Source: Catajapyx aquilonaris
Taxonomy: Eukaryota
Reading direction: 5' to 3'
Length of the DNA stretch: 64,000 nt
NCBI GenBank assembly: GCA_000934665.2
Contig: JYFJ02001101.1
Location: forward strand, 1 to 64,000
Shown: piece by piece, positions 54,005 through 64,000 of the stretch
Position numbering within the stretch: the first letter of the stretch is position 1
How the letters are laid out: the number at the start of each line of letters is the position of its first letter
The notes under the pieces: model-generated
The model's input: the letters and a program-made list of their open reading frames with translations, nothing else
What the model was told of the DNA's origin: nothing
The model's database searches: none
Made by a program: the position numbers and the translations under genes

Positions 54005-57000
54005 TATTATATGGATTTTTTTGAGTAACATTCATTTTTTGCAGGCAATGAGTGAATATTTGCTCCAATTGAGAGTGAAGAGTTCTTGATTACAAACCGC
54101 ACTTGAATGTCTCAAATATGGGTTGTGACAACACTTCACGCTTTTTTGGGGGGTGAAAATTTCACTCAAAATTTGTACCCGCGATAGATCCACAACTGGA
54201 TGTAGAGGGAATAAAGCTGCAAATAATTAATGGGTTGTGGCCACACACAACGTTAGCTATGGTTTAAACTATAGAACATTCCGCCTCGCCCGAGAAGGCT
54301 GCCAACTACTAGCTCTCATAGGACTTCCGGCGAGTTGACAAAAAATAGTCGAGAGAGTGAGGCGGCAGCTCTCGGTGACACTGGAAGCGAATAAATACAT
54401 CACAACTTTTTGAAGGGAGAGGTCGCGCGTGTCGGACAGGCCAGTTGAATTATACAAAGCGGGGGGTCCTGCTGCTGTGTGTCGAAAAAAAAGCTAAAAA
54501 ATGCATAACAGCGTTAGGCAAATGTGACATGGACTTGTTTTCACAGCCATCATACGGAGGGTTATTGTTGCGGTGGGAAATCGAAAGAATGAGCAGGTCC
54601 ATTGAGGCAATAGTCCACGTTTGTTGGAATGGGTTTAGCTTTTAGCCACGTTGTATGCAAAAAAAATTCATGGAGTTAATCCGCCAAGTATTGTTTCTAC
54701 AGCCGGTTCCAAAGTGACGCCAACTGGCCGAAATCAATATGAAGCCATTTACGATTGTTTTACACAGTGCTAAAAACCGGGGGTGAAAGTGCATTTTACC
54801 GTCTTCGATGTGTTCTTTTTTTTATCACCAAGAACGGTACTCAATTTTTACTATGTGCTGCGGCTGCATTACGGCGCCCAAGTTGTTACAAGGGCTGCAC
54901 GTAATGTGCCCTGCCTTTCTCTCGTTCATGAAAATAAACGCAAAAAAATTTGCGCAGTGCATGGGTAATCCATAGCAAGAATAAGTTATGAAGAAAGGGA
55001 ACCGTTTCCCTTGCTCGCGTATTAGGGTCATTAATTATTTGGGTCGCCGCTACCATTTTTCATTAGGTCGGACCCTCCTTCGCGATTCGTTTGAAACATA
55101 CATAGCCTAAGTAATGAAGGTCTCGCAAGTAGGGGGTTGGACCTCTCTTTTTTTTTGGACCTCCGCACATCCGAGGTCTCAAGATCAAAACCTGGAGAGC
55201 TCATTTGTCTTAGTTACCTGCGACTTGCCAAGCTCAAATGAACGATCGCGTGATCTGTGCCTGCCAGAATTTTTATCCAATCCAAAAGGGGGACATTACG
55301 ATGACATTTTTTTCCCAGCGAATATTGTAAGGAAATGCAACCGGTTTAGAGGCGTCGATGACCTCAAAACTGGGAGCAATGACAGTAGGAGAATATGGCT
55401 GCCAATTCGATCGCGTTTTTTTTTTGTTCTAACTTTTTTTTTGGATGAGTTCTGCTGGCGGCATCGGCACCGACGGACTCGAAACAACGGCCGTCGAAAA
55501 GCCCCAATTTGCTCCAGAAATGCTTCGATTCTTCAGCCCTTTTTTGCACTAGTTTTATTTTTACTTTTATGGCGATGGTTCCTCCCTACGGATTTTTCGC
55601 TCGCACTATCTCTTTGGTGACTTTATGACGACTGAGTTATATTGATGGTTTAATTCATTGAAGTTTACTGAATAGAGTACTAACTTACTTAACCTGTAAC
55701 TGGAATTATTTGACTCCAAATACAGTTACTTGGTTCCAGATGTAATCGGCTTACTGTTGCAAAATAACCGAAGCGAATGTGATTATTTATAGTGAATTCA
55801 TTTGTAGAAATTAGGTTGGTACTAACAACAGTCCGCCACATTGTTACGCTGTTAGTTAGAGATTGGTACGGAGTATTTCTCAACGGGGAATAGCATAATT
55901 TTGCTGGTTTTGGTACAAATACGTAGTGAACAGATGATATAGGCCTATATATTTTATGTGTCTAAATGTTTGTTTAGCATGAAAATAGCGCGTGCAGTTC
56001 AAACACTTTCTGATGCGGCATTATTTAAATGAACAGATCAAACCTTTTTTTCAGTTGTAAAAACGTTCAAAGAGTACATGACGTATTCGTAACGCAAATA
56101 CTATGCTGCATGTGCGCCGAGCGATACACAGCCCTGTTAACAATGAGAGCTGTCACCGTTTGTAATGAAAAGAGACTGTAACTGTTGCTTGTTTCGACTA
56201 GTGTTTAAAAACAGGGCTCGGACTATTAACAGACGCAACACGATGCTTTTTCACACCATGTCAGCCATTGTAATGCGGGTAAATAAATTCAAACATGCGG
56301 CCAAATACTGAAAATAGGTCATTAGGACACCCGAATTTCAAACGGTGCAAAGTGAGAACTATACCAAACTTCCGGATATATTTTCGGGAGACAAGCGTGC
56401 TGCATGTGGAAAAAATGCGCTTTCCATTGCGTGTATGAAGTGTTAGTTCCACAGTTCAGGGCCAGAGTAGCAGTCTCTAGTTCTGTGTAACACAAGGAAA
56501 TACAAGACGTCTAATGTGCTATTCATGGAGTGTAGGTGTGAGCATGACGTTTCAGTGAATATTTGCTTCTCTGCAGTTCGTGGCCTTAATTTATTTTCAT
56601 TGCGAAAGTGTAATGCTTTACATAATATTATTATTTACATACAAGATTTGTGACGGAAGTGTTGTAAAATTAAGTTAGAGACTAAAGCAGACATATGAAC
56701 TAAGTCACTAATACGTTGTTTCCATTAAAAATGCAACTGCTAAATACAAAAATTTACGAATCAAAACGAGTACTTACGCTGGAGCACACTGTACAGTTCC
56801 AGCTGTAAATAGCCTTTTGTGAAGTTGCCTTTTAAGTGACCTCCATGTCAGCGGTTATAATGAAATGATTCGTTTCCGCTGTCAAAAATGAGATTTGAAG
56901 AATAATATTGATTCGGGGCGCCTGTTTTAGAGGTAACTCATTAGTCACATTTTCCGAAACGTTGATTATTTCATTATGCGAGGGTTTAAAAGTCACTGAT

Positions 57001-60000
57001 TAACTGTTGGCTTGGTAATTCCAAAATAAACTCCCGATGGACTTTGTGTCGTGGAGCAGGATTTAGTAATATTAATAATGCTGAGTCCTAGCCATACGCA
57101 AAAGTAGGTCATTGATTTCTGCAAATTATGCGAGCATCCATATTGATGCAGGCTAATTTAGAGTTTAGTTCCTGCGAAAGTTACGTACATATTTATTGCA
57201 CTTAATGATCTACTTAATATGCACTGCATTATTAGGCTGTGAATAGATGGACAAAACACAATTATATTTCATACCTACATATTTTGTGTCATGAAAAATT
57301 GCAGCTTGATTACAATTCAAGATACAATATTGTCTTTTTACCTCTACCATTGACGTAGCATTGAAAGTAAGTGTCAGAAGTCACTCGATTAAGAGTGCGC
57401 AGAAATGTGATGTGAAATTCATATTGAAAGATATACCCTGTACTTTGCCTTTGTAAGCATACAACCTACTCCACAGTGGAATTTATGGCGCATGAGTTCT
57501 TATTCGTTTAACTGTCTGGACGGCAAAAATAGCTCCGTTCATGTACTATCAGTACCCGCAAGAACTGTTTACCTCTGCATAATGTTACTCTAGGTCCGGC
57601 CTGGCTGTCAAATCCATAACATTCGGGGAAATACTCCGCGAAATATGGCAACGTTCACTTTACACAATGCAACCTTCATGTGCATTGCATATTTTATACC
57701 CTCCAGTGCAGGACCTCAAATATTATTGTTGCACGCTAGAAGAAACATTTTGCATGCTAAAATGTGACTGGATGTGACACTCTTTACATGTGCAAACACG
57801 TGACATACCTCAGTGTGTACTGTGTACACAGTATAATAAGAATGAGCGTGGCCATGCGAGAGTAATGAAGCCATGGAATGTAATTGGGACTTTGACTCCA
57901 CTTCATACAGATTTCATTTCTTCCGTTTTTATTACAGTTGTTTAGCTGTTAAGCATCTACATATACACCCACGCCGGTTGCTGCTTTAAAATATTTATAG
58001 GTGCCCTACTCTGGCAAAGCGGCATTGATTTACGGCTCAAGCGGCACCCCAGCCTGTTTACTCCATTATCTAGGTGAAAAGTTTTGACGTTATATCGCCG
58101 TGTAAGGTACCATGTGTCTTTTCAAACCGTTCAACCTTTCAAGCAAGTGACTTGTACTCCTTCATTATGTTAAAGATTATTTTCTAATGATTCTCACGCA
58201 CATGAATTACATGAACATTATAGCCATGATGGACGTGATCCTTTGGGGGCATTTCAGGTGAACCGCCGCCTCTTGACCTCTTCCTCCCTGGAGATGAGAC
58301 TTCTTTTTTTGGAACCATCGGCACTCGCCTTTCCGCCCAGTCGATAAAGCTCCTTTCCCCTCGCCCAAACCTCCCTTTAATTATTAATTAACCCCCATGA
58401 AGGGGTTTTTAGGGTGGGCAGAGGGGGTAAGGCGGGGAGGGGCATCACTCCTTGGAAACTGGCAGCAAATGAAATAATGATCTGAGCTCGCGTGGAAGGT
58501 TTCCTCATAGCCCCCAGGAGTATAAACAGGGCTAGCAGTTTGACCCAAGTGACAGGTCGACACTGCGGTGTTATTTTTTTTCTGCGCTACTTTGTGTGCT
58601 AATAGCGGGGCTTGGCGGAATATCCGTGAAGAACGTGAGGGTTCGTGTGTGCTGACAATATAAAACTTACATTTTATTAGGTCGTAACTGCACATTTTTA
58701 TTTGATATGATAAAAGTAAGCATGCTTGTTGCTGTATGGAAACTCGTAGTGCTTCTTGAGACGTTTGTACAGTTTTGTTCTCTACAGGGCGTGCATTAGT
58801 GAATGAATCTTTCAATAAAATCGGAGTTGAATTGTTGAGAAAATATTTTTGCGACTTACGTCGTAAGAATTGCAATTAAGAATTTAAATAGTTCCTTTGT
58901 AAATTGGATCGTGAACAGATTTGTCCCACGTCCCCTATAAAGTGACAGACATAAACTGAGCCTAAGTAGAAGCCTTAGTAAAGTTACTGGTTACAACTCT
59001 GGACTTGTTTTCTAGAAGAGGGAGCCAGCAATGAAAAGGTTTGTACTGAGCGAAGGTCTTTCTCGTCTCCGCAAAGTTCCTCGTTCTTGGCAGAGGCTTT
59101 GGAAGGTCTCTAATTTAGTGAAAGAGTGGAGCTAGAAGGGAGACGAAGTGAAGCCTCCACCGTCTTTCCTAGTGTGCTTCGGATCTTGTTAATTGAATGA
59201 AACTCGGTTTCTTCGGGCGGAATCAGGAGGAAGATTGGACACCCTAAGGGCGCAAGGCTGGATCTATAAAAAAGAGTTCACCGTCACAAGCCTTTTCGTT
59301 AGCTTGTTTACATAATGCTTTTTGATGACCATTGCTCGAGAACTGACCAGTTTTCCAAAAAAGGGCCGGTCCCCAGGTAAAATGCCTTTAATGTGGCCAT
59401 AGCGTGCAGAGGTTACTGGGCTCAGCGTTTTTAATTTTATCGAACCGACAAAAATATGCCACTTTTCGCCCCCCTGGATCACCTTTGTGCCAACCGAAAA
59501 TTTTTGCGACGCTTGGTGAAAAAAAGGAAATTGAAAATGCAACCTGGGCTCTAAATTCAGTAGGATTAAGCCAAATACCGCAACAGTTGGCATGACTCCA
59601 TGAATTTATTGTCGGCATAAATAGCTTGCATTATTTTTTAGAGCATTGCCACGTCTGCAAAATGGGTCGTGCAGGTCGTGGTTTTAAGCGCCAACTAAAT
59701 TGATCAGAAAAGATTACTACCATCATTACTGCCGCCGACAAATCGGCCATAAATTGTGCTCAAGTTCGAGGACCCCTTACTCTTTTGGAGGGGCCGGTCC
59801 AGAGCGCAACAAGCTAGCCATGGGAGGTTATGAATGTATGCCATTAGCAGGTGCTCCAGAAAATCGTGGCATGGTAGCAGGCAACGGTACGGTATAAGGG
59901 AAATGCGGGGGGAAAAAAAACTCGTGGTGAGATTCGGCGTGATAAATGACACTCAGGTCCTGACAGACGCAATAAATTCCTGGCGAAAAATTTGCCAGAA

Positions 60001-61815
60001 AAGAGTGTGTCGTGAGGGCCAGCAACCCGAAAAAGTACAGGGTGATTTTTGAACATTCCCGTGGGACGTTTTCTGAGAAAATGAAATTCCGGGGGGCAGT
60101 GTGATGCCTGCATCTTGGGTGACAGCTGACAAAGCAAAGTGTCACCCTGGGAGGTTCCTAGGTTTCCATTTGCATGGCAAAATGCGTCTGTTCTGATGGA
60201 CTCTCCCCGGATTCTTTTTTGGCAAGGGTCCACCATATCTCTGTCTCTGTCCTTGGGTTTGAGGCAGTCATCCCGTCAAAGTCTCGTCAACTCCCGACGA
60301 CGACACCCATTTTTTGGAGGCGAAACTTTTGCTTCAAAGTCTAGGTATACTGGGGGACGACTCCCCAGTTAGAGCGGCGCCCATTGACACATAACCCGAG
60401 GAAAACAACCGGGGAGGAGTCAACGAGGTGGAACTATGGAGGTACCTGAGATCCCTCGGTTCCCAAGTAACATGAGCTGGTCCTCCGGGGAGGGGGAAAA
60501 GGGGGGTCTCCGGAAATTGATGTAACTAATCCGGGCTGCATTACTCGATAGACTGGCAGCATTGCTTCCAGCAGAAGGCTCTTGTGCTGATGCCGCCACG
60601 GGCCAAACTGCTCAAACTTTGCGTATTATTTTCACTGATCGAAATCTATTTGGTCCGCGAAGCCAAAACTTTTTGCCTCCTAAGGCTCGTAAATTTGTAG
60701 AAATCGTACACAGTCTATATGTGTCGGCAGTAATGTGACAGATCTGGCTACAAAACTGAATCCGGTGGGAAGGAAATAGAATTTTAAAATAGCGAGCAAA
60801 TTCGAGGCTGAAAGTGCACCTAGTTAGTAACATAGTGATACAATTCCAATCCTAGGATTTATTCATAGCCTGGCACATGTCGACAGCTTTTGATGTTAAC
60901 TTTCACTCGGACTTGTTAAATATTCAAGATGATGCTATAGGATGAGAGCAAATGGCGAGAAAAAAACCCGGATTTTGTTATCCACCATGTTGTGATAAAT
61001 AGCCTGTCATACTGTTAGAATATGACGCCACATGACATTTTTTTGCAAGTATGACCTGGTTTGCAATTGTTTGCTCAGCGTGATGTTGAATCGTCATTTG
61101 CTCAAGCACTGCGGTGTCCATAGTTAACAAGCCGTGGAGTACTGGCCTATTCATACATCAAGTGTGGGTAAGGGTCAAAGTGACCAACTCAAAGGGACAC
61201 GATACAGTGTACACATTAAGTTGACAAGTGTAAATATTGTGCATAAATTCCCCCTTTAATTTAAATTGACACAATCGGCTCTAAGCCACGTAATTGGATG
61301 TAAACAACCCGTGTAATGCAACCTCTTCGAATTCCTCACTAAGAGTGTGCCGCTGTTTTCTTTGAGGAACTTAACCCCATGGGATGTGACCTACTAGAGG
61401 TTCCTTTGACTTTGAAAGAGCGTCTTGCAACGTCAGTCTGCGCCTTCAGACTAATGCATCGCACTCCCAGCACATGTAAACTAACTTCACGCTCCCTCTC
61501 TTCTTGGCACTCCCAGCTTTACAAAAAAAAAGCGTGTCCAAATCATCTGTGACAAAATGTTGGGTGGTCTGTCCACCTAACCCGACTGTTTGCAAAAACC
61601 GCGTCTTCATGTGTTTAATTTCGCGGAAACGGCCTCGCCCAATGTGCATAAATCAAGTGTCAAGCTGGGTGGCCAGAATTTCTTCGCAGCCAAAAGACAC
61701 TGTCCTGGAGTATAAAAAAAGAGTGCAACCTTGCATAATGCACAGTGGCCCAGTTTCTGACTACCTGCCGCTGAGTCCGCACGCTCTGTTACCTGGGCTT
61801 GGTTTTATATCGAGC

Positions 61816-61845
61816 TGTGTGTGTGTGTGTGTGGGGGGGGGGGGG
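61816..61845. repeat. (TG)n microsatellite running into poly-G
   Basis: TG repeat followed by G13 (61833-61845). Confidence 0.85.
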
Positions 61846-62379
61846 CCTTCCCCCTCCACACAACCTCGTCACCTCACCTACACATACATGTACTCCGCAG
61901 ACTTTTATTTTGGGCCGGTTGTATAGCCTCGGAAAAAAAGCTTGTCACCGTCCTCGGGTCACCTCGGTGGATTCGACCCTAAAATCCTCCCAGCACCTGA
62001 GCGGATTTGCAAACTAGAGCAGGGAAAAGAGATGGAATTACCGGCCATTATGGCTGTTTGGGACGGGCCAAAAGAGTGGGGGGAGGACCAATAAATGCAG
62101 CCCTTGCTTCATTAGTCATTTAATAGAGACGGGTGCGGGGTATGTGTGAGGATCCTCCACTTTTTTTAAAAAATTCAAGGTGATTAACAGATATATTCGA
62201 GCACTTTCGAACTCATATGCAAAAAATTTCTGGGGATCTCTCGCAAAATGCAGTTTTTGCGAGTGAAAGCTGTAATCTTGTTTGGGGCTGCTCGGTTGCC
62301 AGGTCAGGGTTTTGAAATTATAAACTGGCCTGGCCGCATTTTACTAAAAACTAGTGGAAATGATCACTTGGAGCTAATA

Positions 62380-62544
62380 CAGGGCGATTCTCTCGAATGG
62401 AAACCCAAACATTATTAAATAACTTTTACCTAATGATTGTATGATTCTCTATGAAAATTGACATGTCTTTACCTTGTATGATGCCAAACAATACAATATT
62501 TAAAAAGTTATTGAGGAATGTTTGGGTTTCCATTCGAGAGAATC
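62380..62544. mobile_element. MITE-like element with 42-bp terminal inverted repeats (Tc1/mariner-like)
   Basis: 62386-62427 (GATTCTCTCGAATGGAAACCCAAACATTATTAAATAACTTTT) is the reverse complement of 62503-62544 at 39/42, with the first 28 bp perfect. The left end is preceded by TA|CAGGGC (TA at 62378-79), a typical mariner-like terminus. The right terminus is eroded (GAATCACAATA). Confidence 0.75.
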
Positions 62545-64000
62545 ACAATATTTGCGAACCGATTGTTCAAACAAAAATATTATGGTACAATGTATAGGAT
62601 TTTCTTCTCTTAAAGGATAACGAGCTGGAAGTTGCCTGCGGGAATGAAATATGAGCAGCACGCAATCTAAGTGTTCTTCCCAAAAAAGGTGTGCTGATTG
62701 TGGAAATTGAGGTAAAAAAAAGGTCGATTCTCTTGCCCTGCGATTAGTCCGTTTTGCTGATGTTTAAGCGAAACGCACGACACTAGATCAATCTTGTATG
62801 GCGTCATCGATTGGACATTGTTCCGTTTGACAACAAATCAGTGCCGTGGAAAAAAATGCTTCAGTTTGTTCCCGAGTTTTTTTCAGCCATCATGAATGGT
62901 TGAAGTGCATTCACGATTAGAGAGTATTAATAATTTCTCTTCTGGAGAGTTATGGCCCTTTGGGAGGAAATTCTGGGGAATGATGGAGAAACGACTGTGG
63001 GAATATATATATTTTTTGCTATCCTGCAAGGGCCACGTCGAAATAAATATAGCATTGCTGCAGTCCATTATTCCCGAACTTGGAATGATAAAAAACTGGG
63101 CGCGCTGGAATTCGAAACTCCGCTTTCGAGATTTTGCGTCCAATGAAAATGTATGGAACTCGGTGCGGTGAAGCCGAAGGATATTAGACTGATATCCTGC
63201 ACGGTACAGTATATCGGTTAGTAACCCAAAAAAAAGGTAGGCTTGGCTGGAATGCCTCTCGACTGCCGCATAAAACGAGCTCTCTTGCATCTCTTCATGC
63301 AAGCCATTTTCCCCTATACCCTCCAAAATACACACACTTGAGCTATAGTCCAACACTTTGTTCCAAACGTGGAGTATATATCCCTGTGAAAGATGATACA
63401 ACTCCACGAGGGGGGTCCACTCTTATCGGGGGAATGGTGCCCAACTAATTTTGAGAAATAGGCCGACCAGCTACTGCGATGATCGCGGGAGGCAAATGCT
63501 GATTTATTGGCCTGTATCGGCAATATCGAGTTTGGCCACTGCGTGATGTGGAGCTTTTTTTTCTCATTCAGGGACTTTGGGTTATCGCCTAAGGAATATA
63601 CGAGCAGGTAGGTCGTAAACATTGGGTGAAATATATGCATTTGAAGGTCGGTTTGGAGCGTACTGCATTCATGTTATTGGAGACGGTAGTATGACAAATA
63701 AGCAAATAAATTGGATATATTACTTGTACTTGTAATACGGAAAATTTAGTTGAGACGTTCTGCTCAAACAACTTAGGAAAACTAGAGCGTACAGTATTGA
63801 ATGTAACAAAACGGATTTCTTTAACAATGAAAATCTTGAGTGTTTGTGCATGACAGCATTTTAATGAACAGCAAGCTGTACTAACAGAGAGGCTTGTTAC
63901 TGGTAACGAACTTTGTACAGCCAAAGCAGCTTCAAAAACATGCTGAATTATGCAAAATGTTGCGTAATCCAGCAATGAGTTATGCATGGTTGCCCTGGAA

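Noticed and set aside
6016..60775. Scattered GTGGGAA Su(H)/CSL-type motifs
   Set aside because: They are dispersed singly, with no paired-site arrangement or cluster seen, and enrichment is not established.
61172..61186. Nuclear-receptor-like elements (GGGTCA-AAG-TGACCA here; GGTTCA-A-AGTTCA at 44548-44560)
   Set aside because: Isolated degenerate matches are expected by chance in 64 kb, and there is no supporting context.
692..63987. All ORFs in the six-frame track as protein-coding genes (longest: 62883-63407, 55114-55620, 58384-58875, 26738-27190)
   Set aside because: They are short and overlap on both strands. They are rich in F/C/R/S/L and homopolymer-derived runs, with no recognisable domain, as expected for chance ORFs in non-coding DNA.

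Overview
This window reads as non-coding eukaryotic DNA, probably an intergenic region or a very large intron of an invertebrate animal; the taxon is an inference. All ORFs in the track are short (at most 174 aa), overlap in all frames, and none resembles a recognisable protein. I found no operon, rRNA, tRNA, CRISPR array or conserved microRNA. What the sequence does support is: several Tc1/mariner-superfamily MITEs (a pogo/Tigger-type element at 53624-54004, a 42-bp-TIR element at ~62380-62544, and a tiny CAGGGnGTGTC family at 20887-20935 and 51017-51104); a diverged 224-bp tandem duplication (40238-40685); small fold-backs and palindromes; microsatellites; and many poly-G/poly-C tracts. Two possible decayed LINE fragments and two possible short + strand exons are low-confidence calls. 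I cannot support a novel biological system here; the findings are modest leads.
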